Made by a program: the position numbers and the translations under genes. 64,000 nucleotides of DNA from a bacterium (GTDB lineage Bacteria; RBG-13-61-14; DATKZS01), in the NCBI GenBank assembly GCA_963674965.2, contig CAXXFL010000005.1, forward strand, positions 256,001 through 320,000, written 5' to 3'. Every line of letters starts with the position of its first letter. Within the stretch, counting starts at the first letter, position 1. Below, piece after piece: positions 46,668 to 56,686 of the stretch. The notes under the pieces were generated by a model. That model was not told the DNA's origin. It saw nothing but the letters and a program-made list of their open reading frames with translations, and searched no databases.

Positions 46668-47093
46668 TCATCCAACCTCGAGGATTTTTATGTCGAACAC
46701 CAGTTTCTTTCCCGCCAGGGGATGGTTAAGGTCCAGGGTCACCTCGGCGTCGTTCGCCTCGAGCACCACCGCCCGCATGACCATGCCGTCCTGGCGCTGA
46801 AGAGTCAGGATCATGCCGTCCTCGAGGTCGTCGTCCTCGGGGAACTGGCCGCGCTCGAGCTTGACCACCGCCTCGTCGTCCCGCTCCCCGTAGCCGTCGG
46901 CCGCCTCGACCTCGACCCTCTTCTCCTCCCCCGCCTCGAGCCCCTCGAGATGGCGCTCGAGCCCCTCGATGATCTGGCCCGCCCCGAAGGTGAACTCGAT
47001 CGGGTCGTCGCCCTCGCTGGTCTCGACCGACTCGCCGCCGGCCAGGCTAAGTTTATAATGCATCTTGACCTTGCTGTTTTTGGAAATTCCCAT
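46668..47093 (-). CDS. slyD: FKBP-type peptidyl-prolyl isomerase, SlyD-like (no His-rich tail)
   Basis: VKMHYKL, GAGQIIEGLE, DGYGERD, DLNHPLAGKKL.F. Confidence 0.88.
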   Translation of the reverse strand: MGISKNSKVKMHYKLSLAGGESVETSEGDDPIEFTFGAGQIIEGLERHLEGLEAGEEKRVEVEAADGYGERDDEAVVKLERGQFPEDDDLEDGMILTLQRQDGMVMRAVVLEANDAEVTLDLNHPLAGKKLVFDIKILEVG

Positions 47094-47290
47094 TTCGCTA
47101 TCCTTTCCCGAGGGTTTGGGGTTGCGAGAATCCGGGGGCCCGAAGGCCATGGTCGTGGATAAAAAAACGACGAGCTTAAAAAGCCGCGCGGCGCGGGCCC
47201 TGGCCGGACTTATGAGAGGGGAAATAAAGAGGGCTTGCTCCCGGCGGGAGCAGGGCCTTTAAATAAGCCGCTCTCAATCCTGTTTGAGGG

Positions 47291-47377
47291 AACCTACCAA
47301 TAATCGATACGGTTGTCAAAGGCCGCGGTTTAATTCGCGAGCCTCGAATTGCCAAAGCGGCGTCCATTATATATATT
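47291..47377. promoter_or_regulatory. Divergent sigma70 promoter pair (slyD on minus, UPF0104 gene on plus)
   Basis: Minus strand TTGACA-N17-TAGGTT (47291-47319); plus strand TTGCCA-N17-TATATT (47349-47377). Confidence 0.5.
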
Positions 47378-47421
47378 TACTCATTCCGTCTTGAAATCCG
47401 GCGAAAAGGAGACCCCGAGAA

Positions 47422-48441
47422 GTGACGAGCGAAAATGACGAGAGCGTGGTGGAGGAAACCAAGGAGGAGGCCCCTTCAAAGCCTTCCCTCATAAGGCAGG
47501 TCGTTCCATGGTTCGCGGCGGCGGGCATTTTGGCCTTCATGTTCTACAAGGTCGACTTCGCCGGGGTATGGGCCGCGCTCAAGGCCACGGGATCGAACAT
47601 GTACGTCATCATCGGGGCCTATCTTGTCTATTGCCTCATGTACTGGATCACCGACGTGCTGGGCTTCTGGAGGGCATACAACTGGTTTAACGCGTCCATC
47701 GGCCTCGCCGAGACCGCCAGGTTGCGCTTCGCCTCCTACACGGTCCAGGCCGTGAACGGGGCCCTGACCGAGATCATGTGCGTGCTCTACATGTACAGGG
47801 TCAAAAAGGTCAAGGCCCTCGAGTCCACCGGCACGGCCGGGTTCGTGTACTTCAATGAAAACGTGGTGCTGGTCCTGCTTCTCACCTTCTGCGCCTTTTT
47901 CCTGCCCGAACAAAGGCGGGTGTACGACCCGGTCCCCGGGTTGGGGGTCCCCTTCTGGACCGTCCTTCAGGGACTTCTGGTCGCCGTCTGGGTTTTTATT
48001 CCCATATTCCTGATCTTCTGGAGGTCCGGACTCAAGGACAAGTTTCCCCGCGTACGCGACGCGGGCGTTTTAACGGCCTTTAACAAGGCCACGCTCCTTG
48101 AGTACCTCGAGGTCTTCCTCTACCGCTTCTCGAACAACCTGGTCAGCGTGGGCGTCAATATAGTGATACTTCGCGCCATGGGCATCGACGCGCCCATCGC
48201 CCTCATGGCCGCGGCCGTGCCCATCATCGTGAACCTGGCTTACACCCCGGCCTCGGCCATGGGCTTTGGCGGGCCCCAGCTCGCGGCGTATTATCTGCTC
48301 AAGGGCTACGCGGCGGAGGACCAGGTGGTGGCCTACAGCCTGATCTGGTCGGCCCTGTTCTTTTTGACCCGTTTCCTCGCGGGCATCGGCTTTTTAAAGC
48401 CCGTTTACTCGGCGGCCTTTCCGCCCGTCCCCAAGGCCTAG
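47422..48441 (+). CDS. Lysylphosphatidylglycerol synthase TM / UPF0104-like membrane protein (likely paralog of 11457-12461)
   Basis: About 8 TMs; IRQVVPW.. start and P.S..G.G..Q motif similar to the paralog; RBS AAGGAG. Confidence 0.65.
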   Translation: MTSENDESVVEETKEEAPSKPSLIRQVVPWFAAAGILAFMFYKVDFAGVWAALKATGSNMYVIIGAYLVYCLMYWITDVLGFWRAYNWFNASIGLAETARLRFASYTVQAVNGALTEIMCVLYMYRVKKVKALESTGTAGFVYFNENVVLVLLLTFCAFFLPEQRRVYDPVPGLGVPFWTVLQGLLVAVWVFIPIFLIFWRSGLKDKFPRVRDAGVLTAFNKATLLEYLEVFLYRFSNNLVSVGVNIVILRAMGIDAPIALMAAAVPIIVNLAYTPASAMGFGGPQLAAYYLLKGYAAEDQVVAYSLIWSALFFLTRFLAGIGFLKPVYSAAFPPVPKA

Positions 48442-48570
48442 CCCACTGGCCCCGGCTTTTTGGCGTCCTTTTCAACCAGGACATCCTCTGCTATACTCCT
48501 GTCAGGAATTATATCCCCGCGAGCGAGAAGAGCGTTTCACGGGGCGTTTTACCGCCGCGGGCAATCCATC

Positions 48571-50055
48571 ATGCATACGCGAAAAACCGGCAAAGAGCGG
48601 GAGTCTCAGGACAGGAAACTCATCGAGGAAAGAAACGCCTGGTTCTATTCTCTCGACGTCAAGAAGAAGGAGGAAAAGCTCTTCGAGCTGGAGGTACTTC
48701 TTAAGGGACTGGACCGCTTTTTCAACCTGGCCAACCAGCCCATCAGCCAGAAAGAGGGCATCGTAAAAAGGAACTTCATCCACGAGCTTCGGATTATAAG
48801 GAACGCCGTGGCCAAGGTGGTCCGTCTCAGCCAGGGACTCCTGACCGAGGAGGACAACCGGATACTAAGGTTCAGGAACTACGTCGAAAACCGACTCCTC
48901 TCCGATTACCAGCGGGCCAAGATCATCGAGCGGTCCCTCCACCAGCGGACGCCCGAGGAATCGCTGTACGTGCTTTGCCACTCCTTTATCAACTTCCAGG
49001 AGATACTCCAGAACGTCACCGGCCAGGACGAGGCCGCCTATTTCCTGTTCTACCACATCGAGCAGCTTATCAGCCGGGAGATAGCGGGCAACCGCTTTTT
49101 CAATCCCTTCAAGGCCGCGGGTTTCGCGCCCCATTACGACGTCATCAAGAGTCCCCGCTTCGCCCGGGTGGCGAGGGACATACCCGACCACGAGCTTCGC
49201 CGCCACCTGTCGGTGGTCTTCCTTATCATGTTCAAGCTCCTTCGCTACCTGTCCTTCGTCAAGCCCGAGGTCAAGGACCTCGAGCCGTTAAAGGACTCTC
49301 TATTGATCTTCTCGCTCATGCACTCCGAGTCGAGGCTGCTCATCGACTTCCTCGAAAAGGACCTGCCGGCGCGCGTCAGGAACTGCTCATCCCTTCCCCC
49401 CGAGGTTAGCCGGAAGCTCCTGGGCCACGTCGATTCCCTGGCCTATCAGCTATCGGTCGAGTTGGACAAGATGTACGAGCTGGAGTTAAAGGACGCGGCG
49501 GAAAACATGGACATGACCAGGCTCAGGAACGGGATCAGCCGCTCCCGCGGCCTTTTCACCAGCATCTTCCAGCAGGGCATCATCCACATAGCGCAGGTTT
49601 TCGACCCCGAGCTCAAGGGCAAGGACGTCTTCCCCGGCTTTATCTCGAGGCTCGAGGTCTCGCTCAAGCTGAGGAAGGACGTGTGGCTTTTCCACAAGGT
49701 CATCGAGAACCTCGAGCGGGTCATCACGGACTGCAAGGCGAAGAACGAGGTGATCCCCATAATCGAGTCGATCAAGACCCTGCGCAACTTCATCTTTTAT
49801 TACCAGAACATCAGCTTCCAGTTCGTGCGCAGCATGGACCGCGACGAGTTCCAGCGGTTCTTCACCAAGATCGACAAGTTCAACGTGGCCGACCTTTACG
49901 AGGAGGAAAAGCTGGACGGATTCATCCGCGACCTTCACGCCTTCAAGATGTTCCTGGAAACGACCCTGGCCAGCATCAACAACAGAAACGAGTTGCAGGG
50001 GATACCCTTCGGCACCGAGGAGGGCGAAAAAATCCTCGCCCAGTTCCTTACCTGA
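48571..50055 (+). CDS. Large all-helical hypothetical protein directly upstream of mfd
   Basis: About 494 codons with strong host codon bias; 3 nt gap to mfd. Confidence 0.75.
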   Translation: MHTRKTGKERESQDRKLIEERNAWFYSLDVKKKEEKLFELEVLLKGLDRFFNLANQPISQKEGIVKRNFIHELRIIRNAVAKVVRLSQGLLTEEDNRILRFRNYVENRLLSDYQRAKIIERSLHQRTPEESLYVLCHSFINFQEILQNVTGQDEAAYFLFYHIEQLISREIAGNRFFNPFKAAGFAPHYDVIKSPRFARVARDIPDHELRRHLSVVFLIMFKLLRYLSFVKPEVKDLEPLKDSLLIFSLMHSESRLLIDFLEKDLPARVRNCSSLPPEVSRKLLGHVDSLAYQLSVELDKMYELELKDAAENMDMTRLRNGISRSRGLFTSIFQQGIIHIAQVFDPELKGKDVFPGFISRLEVSLKLRKDVWLFHKVIENLERVITDCKAKNEVIPIIESIKTLRNFIFYYQNISFQFVRSMDRDEFQRFFTKIDKFNVADLYEEEKLDGFIRDLHAFKMFLETTLASINNRNELQGIPFGTEEGEKILAQFLT

Positions 50056-50058
50056 CCC

Positions 50059-53000
50059 ATGGACGAAAAAGAAATGGCGGCGCGCGCTCTCGGGGGTGAG
50101 GGCGGCCTGATCGACGTGGCCCGCTCGGTCAAGGGCGGCGCGAAAAGCCTCAAGGTCATGGGCCTGGCCGGGTCGTCCGCCTCCTTCCTCGCCTGCCTTC
50201 TGGCCCGGGAGACGGCGCGACAGACGCTGGTCGTCTGCCCCGACGAAAAGGAGGCCCAGAGGGTCGCCGAGGAGGTCGAGTTCTATATCGGGGCGCTGGG
50301 TCTTACGGCCCGTTCTTTCGCGCTGCCGGCGCGGGACCCCTACCGGTCCCTGCCGGGAAGCTCGACCACGGGACGGGCGGCGGCCCTGGCGGCCATGCTC
50401 GAGCCGGAGGACGGAGCGCCCGCCATCGTGGCGGCCTCGATCGAGGCCGTCCTCAATTCCTGCCCTCCCCCCTCCGCTTTTTTCGACGGGCTCCTCGAGG
50501 TCCGGGAGGGGGACGCCCTGGCTAGGGACGAGCTGACCTCCGCCCTGGTCAAGTCCGGCTATACCGCCGTCTCCGCCGTCATGGAGCCGGGCGACTTCTC
50601 CGTAAGGGGAGGCATCGTGGACGTGTTCGCCGCGGGATCATCCCTGCCCTTCCGCGTCGAGTTGTGGGACGACGAGATCGAGTCCATCCGCAACTTCGAC
50701 CCCTCATCTCAGAAGTCGACGGATAAAATAACGCGCGCCCTGGTCCCGCCCCTCAAGGAGGTCATCCTCACCCCGGGCTCGACGGCGCTGGCCCGGGAGA
50801 GGATCGGCGACTACGCCCGCCGCGTCAAGGAGGGACTCTACGGGGACCTGGCCGAGGCCGACCTGGTCAAGAACCTGGCCGAGCTGTACGGCCGGCTCGA
50901 GAGACGGGACCACTTTCCCGGCATCCAGGGTTTCCTTCCCGCCTTCTACGAGGAAAGCGCCTGCGCCCTCGATTACGCGGACGACGACGCGGTGGTCGTC
51001 TACCTCGAGCCCTTCCTCTGCGAGCAGGCCATAGCCCGGCGGCTCGAGGCGCTGGAGGACGAATGGCGGCGCGAGATCGAGTCGGGCCTGATGGCGCTTC
51101 CCCCCCGGACCCATTTGGTCACGCGGAAAAAGGCGGAGGACGCCCTGTCCGGCAAAGCTATGGTCGTCTCGGGAGTCGAGTCTGAATACCTCGAGAAGGA
51201 GAGCGCGATCGAGGGGGGAGCGGCCGTTGGCGCGCCCCGTCCCCCCCGGCCCGAGATCGAGGCCCTGCCCGGCATATCGTCGGACCTTTCCAGCCTCAAG
51301 GTACGGCCGGAGGAGGAAGACCCTCTTGGCCCCTTCATCGCGGCCCTCGAGGACTTCGGGGGCCTGGGGATAAGGACCCTCCTGGTCAGTCCCATGCCGG
51401 CCAAGGCCGAGCACCTGGCCGAGCTGCTGGCGGGCCGGGGCGTCCATGCGCCCATCCATGAGGAGGCAAGTCCCGCGCTGGCCGACGCCCCGGCCATGGC
51501 CGTCGCGGTGGGCGCTCTCCAGCGGGGTTTTCTGGACCTGGCCGGCAAGCTGGCGGTCATACCCGAGGCCGAGGTGTTCGGCGAGAAGATACGCAAGCGC
51601 CGGACCTCCCGGCTGATGGAGTCCTTTATCGGGGACCTCTCGGACCTGGGGGAGGGCGACCACGTGGTTCACGCCGAACACGGCGTGGGCATATACCGGG
51701 GCCTGGTATCTCTCGAGGTCCAGTGGGTGGGTGAATGGGACTTCGTCAACCTTCGCGAGCGTCCCCGGATCAGGATGGACTCGGCCAAGATCGAGTACGC
51801 CGAGGGCGCCGGCCTATACGTTCCCGTCCACCGGGTCAACCAGATATCCAAGTACCGCGGGCCCTCCGAGACGCCTCCTCCCCTGGACGCGCTGGGGGGG
51901 AACGCCTGGGAGAAGCTGAGACGCAAGGTCAAAAAGGCGGTGCGGGAGTTCGCCGAGTACCTGATCCGCATCCACGCCTCGCGCAAGCTGAACAAGGGCT
52001 TTGCCTTCCCGCCTCCGGACGCGGCCTTCCGGGAGTTCGAGGAAAACTTCGAGTTCGAGGAGACGCCCGACCAGATGCGCGCCATCGACGACGTTATCAA
52101 GGACATGGTAAAGCCCGAGAGCATGGACCGGGTTGTCTGCGGCGACGTGGGCTACGGCAAGACCGAGGTCGCCCTGCGCGCGGCCTTCCTGGCGGCCATG
52201 AGCGGCAGGCAGGTGGCGGTCCTGGTCCCCACCACCATCCTGGCCCAGCAGCACCACGACACCTTCGCCCGGCGCCTCAAGAGCTACCCTTTACAGGTGA
52301 GGTCCCTCTCGAGGTTCCTGGGCCCGGCCCAGAGGAAGAAGGTGGTCGAGGAATTGTCCGAGGGCAAGGCCGACGTGGTCATCGGTACCCACCGTCTGCT
52401 TTCCAAGGACGTCCGTTTCCGCGACCTGGGCCTTTTGATCATCGACGAGGAACACCGGTTCGGGGTCAAGCACAAGGAGAGGCTCCGGGAGATAAGGAGC
52501 GCGGTGGACACCCTGACCTTGACGGCGACCCCCATCCCCCGCACGCTTTACATGTCCCTTTCCGGCATCCGCGACCTGTCGGTCATCGACACGCCTCCCC
52601 CCGACCGGCTCTCGGTATACACGGAGCTTATCCGGGCCGACGACCGTCTCATCCGGGAGGCCCTCGAGCGCGAGCTGCGGCGGGGCGGCCAGGCCTTTTT
52701 CGTCCACAACCGGGTCCGGACCATCGAGGCCGCCGCGGGCCTGGTAAGGAGTCTCGTTCCGACGGCCAAGGTGCTGGTGGCCCACGGCCAGATGAAGGAG
52801 GGCGAGCTCGAGAAGATCATGCGGGAGTTCGTGGGCCGCCGGGCCGACGTTCTGGTCTGCTCGGCCATCATCGAGAGCGGCCTGGACATACCCACGGTCA
52901 ATACCATGGTCGTGGACCGGGCCGACACCTTCGGGCTGGCCCAGCTCTACCAGCTTCGCGGCCGGGTGGGCCGGGGCAAGGAGCGGGGCTACTGCTACCT

Positions 53001-53694
53001 CATGGTCCCTTCCAGGGGGTCCATGACCAAGGAGGCGGCCCAGCGCCTGAAGGTGCTGAAGGAATTCTCCGAGCTGGGAAGCGGCTTCAAGGTGGCGGCC
53101 CACGACCTCGAGATTCGGGGCGCGGGCAACCTCCTGGGCGCCGAGCAGTCGGGCCACATGACTAAAATCGGCGTCGAGCTTTACATGAACCTGCTCGAGG
53201 AGGAGATAGCCCGCTTGAAGGGAGAGGCGGTCGAGACCCAAATCGAGCCCGAGATCAACCTGCCCGTGCCCTCTTATCTTTCCGAGGAATACGTGCCCGA
53301 CCAGAAAGAGCGCCTGTCCTGGTACAAGCGCCTCTCGAGGTCGCGCTCGCTCGATGAGGTCGCCTCTCTTCGCGACGAGCTGCGGGACCGCTACGGGTCC
53401 TTGCCGGGGGAGGCCGAGAACCTGATCGAGGTGGCCAGGCTCAAGACGGCCCTTTATCAAATTCGGGCCACCGAGCTTTCCTACAACGGCAAGGCCCTTA
53501 TACTGGGCCTGAGCGACGACACCACCGCCGACGTGGACGTCCTTATCGGCATGGCCACCCAGCGGCCCCGCGCCTGCCGGCTGGGACCGGACAACCGCTT
53601 CCATTACTCGCTTTCGGCCAAGTCTCCCGGCGAGGTCTTCGAGGGGGCCAGGGCTTTATTGAACGAGGTCATGGGCCGTGATAGAATTTTTTAG
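50059..53694 (+). CDS. mfd: Transcription-repair coupling factor
   Basis: UvrB-like N-terminus, VVHAEHGVG (RID), CGDVGYGKTEVA, DEEHRFGV, TATPIPRT, QLRGRVGR, DLEIRGAGNLLG. Confidence 0.97.
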   Translation: MDEKEMAARALGGEGGLIDVARSVKGGAKSLKVMGLAGSSASFLACLLARETARQTLVVCPDEKEAQRVAEEVEFYIGALGLTARSFALPARDPYRSLPGSSTTGRAAALAAMLEPEDGAPAIVAASIEAVLNSCPPPSAFFDGLLEVREGDALARDELTSALVKSGYTAVSAVMEPGDFSVRGGIVDVFAAGSSLPFRVELWDDEIESIRNFDPSSQKSTDKITRALVPPLKEVILTPGSTALARERIGDYARRVKEGLYGDLAEADLVKNLAELYGRLERRDHFPGIQGFLPAFYEESACALDYADDDAVVVYLEPFLCEQAIARRLEALEDEWRREIESGLMALPPRTHLVTRKKAEDALSGKAMVVSGVESEYLEKESAIEGGAAVGAPRPPRPEIEALPGISSDLSSLKVRPEEEDPLGPFIAALEDFGGLGIRTLLVSPMPAKAEHLAELLAGRGVHAPIHEEASPALADAPAMAVAVGALQRGFLDLAGKLAVIPEAEVFGEKIRKRRTSRLMESFIGDLSDLGEGDHVVHAEHGVGIYRGLVSLEVQWVGEWDFVNLRERPRIRMDSAKIEYAEGAGLYVPVHRVNQISKYRGPSETPPPLDALGGNAWEKLRRKVKKAVREFAEYLIRIHASRKLNKGFAFPPPDAAFREFEENFEFEETPDQMRAIDDVIKDMVKPESMDRVVCGDVGYGKTEVALRAAFLAAMSGRQVAVLVPTTILAQQHHDTFARRLKSYPLQVRSLSRFLGPAQRKKVVEELSEGKADVVIGTHRLLSKDVRFRDLGLLIIDEEHRFGVKHKERLREIRSAVDTLTLTATPIPRTLYMSLSGIRDLSVIDTPPPDRLSVYTELIRADDRLIREALERELRRGGQAFFVHNRVRTIEAAAGLVRSLVPTAKVLVAHGQMKEGELEKIMREFVGRRADVLVCSAIIESGLDIPTVNTMVVDRADTFGLAQLYQLRGRVGRGKERGYCYLMVPSRGSMTKEAAQRLKVLKEFSELGSGFKVAAHDLEIRGAGNLLGAEQSGHMTKIGVELYMNLLEEEIARLKGEAVETQIEPEINLPVPSYLSEEYVPDQKERLSWYKRLSRSRSLDEVASLRDELRDRYGSLPGEAENLIEVARLKTALYQIRATELSYNGKALILGLSDDTTADVDVLIGMATQRPRACRLGPDNRFHYSLSAKSPGEVFEGARALLNEVMGRDRIF

Positions 53695-53799
53695 TTGATC
53701 CGGACGTGGCGGATCGGGCCTTTTCCCAAGAGAGCGCGGCGGGATTCCCGCTTTTTCTCGAACGTTTACAATATTTCTTCCGGGGTACTTGCGAGCCAA

Positions 53800-55326
53800 A
53801 TGGAAAATTTTTTAAACGACGCGGTTGTATCTATCAACGATTTTTTATGGGGATACGTCCTTATTTTCCTTTTGGTGGGCACGGGCATATTCCTTACCAT
53901 AAGGACGCGGGGCATACAGCTTTTCGGGCTCGGCCACGGAGTGAAACTCACGCGGGGCGTGTACGATAAAAAGGAGGACGCCGGCGACCTCTCTCATTTC
54001 CAGGCCCTTACCACGGCCCTTTCCGCCACGGTGGGAGTGGGAAACATAGCGGGCGTGGCCATCGCCATCAAGATGGGCGGGCCGGGGGCCCTCTTCTGGA
54101 TGTGGGTGACCGCGGCGGTGGGTATGGCCACCAAGTTCACCTCATGCACCCTGGCGGTCAAGTACCGGAAAATCAACGAGGACGGGACCGTCTCGGGCGG
54201 GCCCATGTACTTCATCGAAAACGGACTGGGCCAAAGCTGGAAGCCGCTGGCCGCGGCCTTCGCCGTGTTCGCCACCGTGGGTACCTTCGGGGCCGGCTGC
54301 ATGGCCCAGGCGGGGGAGCTGTCCAGGGCCTTCGTCACCCTTTTCAGGAGCGACGTAACGGCGGAGATGATCGCGGCCTCGGAGGGCGGACTTCTATATT
54401 CGCTGTATCTTAAGACCGCCTACTTCATCCAGCTTCATCCAACGCTTGCCAACTTCGGGGTGGGCGTTGTGGTTTCGGCCATGGTGGCGGTCGTTATCCT
54501 GGGCGGTATCAAGAGGATCGGCAACGTCACCAGCAAGCTGGTGCCCTTCATGGCGGTCTTTTACGTGACGGCCGCCCTGACCATTATCATCATGAACATG
54601 GGCTCCGTGCCCGCCGCTTTGGTAACGGTGTTCAGCGACGCCTTTACCGGCACGGCCGCCGCGGGCGGCTTCACGGGCGCGACCTTTATCCTGGCCCTCA
54701 AGTGGGGCGTCAAGCGCGGGCTCTTCTCGAACGAGTCGGGACAGGGAAGCGCGCCCATCGCCCACGCCACGGCCAAGACCAATTACCCGGCGCGGGAGGG
54801 CTACGTGGCCCTTCTCGAGCCCTTTATCGACACCATTATCATCTGCTCGCTCACGGGCCTCGTTATAATCATCACCGGGGCCTGGACCGCCGAGGGCGAT
54901 ATCGGGGGCGCCGACATGACGGCCCACGCCTTCCAGCTCGGGCTCGGCAAGCTCCACAACGTGGCCGTCGAGGCCCGGCTGGGCCGGCTGCTCGTGACCT
55001 TCGGCGTCATCCTCTTCGCCTATTCCACGGCCCTTTCCTGGTCTTACTATGGGGACAGGTGCATTGGATACCTTTTCGGCCTGAAGGCCGTGGTCCCCTA
55101 CCGGGTGGTCTTCTGCCTGTTCCTTATCGTGGGCGCCACCATCAAGATCGACCTGGTCTGGAACCTTTGCGACCTCATGAACGGGGCCATGGCCCTGCCC
55201 AACCTCATCGCTCTCATCCTCCTCTCGGGGGTGGTCGTCAAGGAACTGAACGAATACAAAATGAAAATCCCGGACTTTGACCGGGAAATATCCGGAAAGA
55301 TAAACGGGAGCTCCGAAAATGGCTAA
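53800..55326 (+). CDS. Alanine/glycine:cation symporter (AGCS family)
   Basis: SHFQALTTALSATVGVGNIAGVA, GGPGALFWMW, GGPMY, RGLFSNESGQGSAPIAHA, FIDTIIIC. Confidence 0.95.
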   Translation: MENFLNDAVVSINDFLWGYVLIFLLVGTGIFLTIRTRGIQLFGLGHGVKLTRGVYDKKEDAGDLSHFQALTTALSATVGVGNIAGVAIAIKMGGPGALFWMWVTAAVGMATKFTSCTLAVKYRKINEDGTVSGGPMYFIENGLGQSWKPLAAAFAVFATVGTFGAGCMAQAGELSRAFVTLFRSDVTAEMIAASEGGLLYSLYLKTAYFIQLHPTLANFGVGVVVSAMVAVVILGGIKRIGNVTSKLVPFMAVFYVTAALTIIIMNMGSVPAALVTVFSDAFTGTAAAGGFTGATFILALKWGVKRGLFSNESGQGSAPIAHATAKTNYPAREGYVALLEPFIDTIIICSLTGLVIIITGAWTAEGDIGGADMTAHAFQLGLGKLHNVAVEARLGRLLVTFGVILFAYSTALSWSYYGDRCIGYLFGLKAVVPYRVVFCLFLIVGATIKIDLVWNLCDLMNGAMALPNLIALILLSGVVVKELNEYKMKIPDFDREISGKINGSSENG

Positions 55327-56596
55327 GGTTGACGTGCGAAAGATCAAGGATCAGGCCACCAGGGCCTTGAAAAAGGGTCAGTTCGACAAGGCGCTCGAGC
55401 GTTTTGAGGAACTGTCGAAGTACCAGCCCAAGGACCTTCGGCTGAAGATGAAGGTGGCCGACATCCTGGTGAAGATGCACAGGAATGAGGACGCCTTCAA
55501 GGTGTACGAGGAAGTGGCCGAGGCATACGCGGCCGACGGCTTCCTTATCCAGGCCATCTCGGTTTACAAGATCGTCAGCCAGATCGACCCCAAGCGGCCG
55601 GGCGTGACGGAGAAGCTTGACGCGCTCAACCAGGCCCGCGGCATTCCCGCCATCGCTCCCAAGCCGGCGGCGGCCCCTCCCGACGCGGACCCCGGCCTGG
55701 CCGAGGAAAAGTCCCTGGCCGAGGAGATCGAGGAGGTCAAGCAGAGAAAGGAAGAACAGGAGAAGTCGCGCTCCAAGGAGTGGCGCTTCCCCGAGACGCC
55801 CTTGTTCGGCCAGCTGGGGGAGGAGGAGTTCACCCAGGTGGTCTCGAAGTTCCAGGTGGGAACCATCCCGAGGCGCACGCCCGTGATCAAGGAGGGCACC
55901 AAGGGCGACTCCTTTTTTATCGTCTCCCAGGGCGACGTGAGGGTGTTTAGGACTCATCCAAAAAGCGGCAAGAAGATCACCCTGGCCCACTTGAAGGACG
56001 GGGCCTTTTTCGGGGAGATGGCCATCTTCCTCGACTCGATCCGGACGGCGAGCTGCGAGACGGCGGAGGAAACCACCCTGCTTCGGATAAACCGCAAGGA
56101 CCTTGACGAGTTGATGGAGAAGTACCCCAATATCCGGGAGGTGATGCACGACTTTTTCAAGAAGCGGGCCCTTGACCAGCTCTTCAAGACCATGAACCTT
56201 TTCTCGAGCCTTGACGAGGCGGAGCGCGAGGTGTTGGCGGACAAGATGGAGATGATCGAGACCGAGCCCGGCGCGACCCTTATCCGGGAGGGCGAGGCGG
56301 GCGAGTATTTATACGTGATTTACAGCGGTGAGGTCGAGGTGACCACCACCCACGAGGAAAAGGGAACGGTCAAGCTGGCGACCATTTCTCCCGGCGACTA
56401 CGTGGGCGAGATAGCCCTGGTGCAGGGCAAGCTGAACACGGCCGACGTGGTAACCTCGAGCAAGTGCGTGATTTTCAGATTGAACAAGGCCACCTTCAAG
56501 GAGCTTCTGGCCATCCACTCCCCCATGCTGGACGAGCTGACCTCGACCATCGAGGCCAGGTTAAAGGACACCGTAACCACGCTCCTTAAGGCCTGA
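55319..56596 (+). CDS. TPR plus tandem cyclic-nucleotide-binding domain protein
   Basis: N-terminal TPR helices; FFGEMA..RTAS and YVGEIAL..TADV cNMP motifs. Confidence 0.88.
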   Translation: MAKVDVRKIKDQATRALKKGQFDKALERFEELSKYQPKDLRLKMKVADILVKMHRNEDAFKVYEEVAEAYAADGFLIQAISVYKIVSQIDPKRPGVTEKLDALNQARGIPAIAPKPAAAPPDADPGLAEEKSLAEEIEEVKQRKEEQEKSRSKEWRFPETPLFGQLGEEEFTQVVSKFQVGTIPRRTPVIKEGTKGDSFFIVSQGDVRVFRTHPKSGKKITLAHLKDGAFFGEMAIFLDSIRTASCETAEETTLLRINRKDLDELMEKYPNIREVMHDFFKKRALDQLFKTMNLFSSLDEAEREVLADKMEMIETEPGATLIREGEAGEYLYVIYSGEVEVTTTHEEKGTVKLATISPGDYVGEIALVQGKLNTADVVTSSKCVIFRLNKATFKELLAIHSPMLDELTSTIEARLKDTVTTLLKA

Positions 56597-56686
56597 GGCC
56601 GCCGTGGTCTTTTTTCCCCGGCTTTATTGGGCTAGGATAATAGGCGGGGACAAGCTAATTCGGGTTCCAGCCTTTAACCTGGGGGT

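Noticed and set aside
51735-53165. 476-aa same-strand alternative-frame ORF inside mfd
   Set aside because: Arg/Gly/Pro-rich shifted-frame artefact of GC-rich coding sequence.
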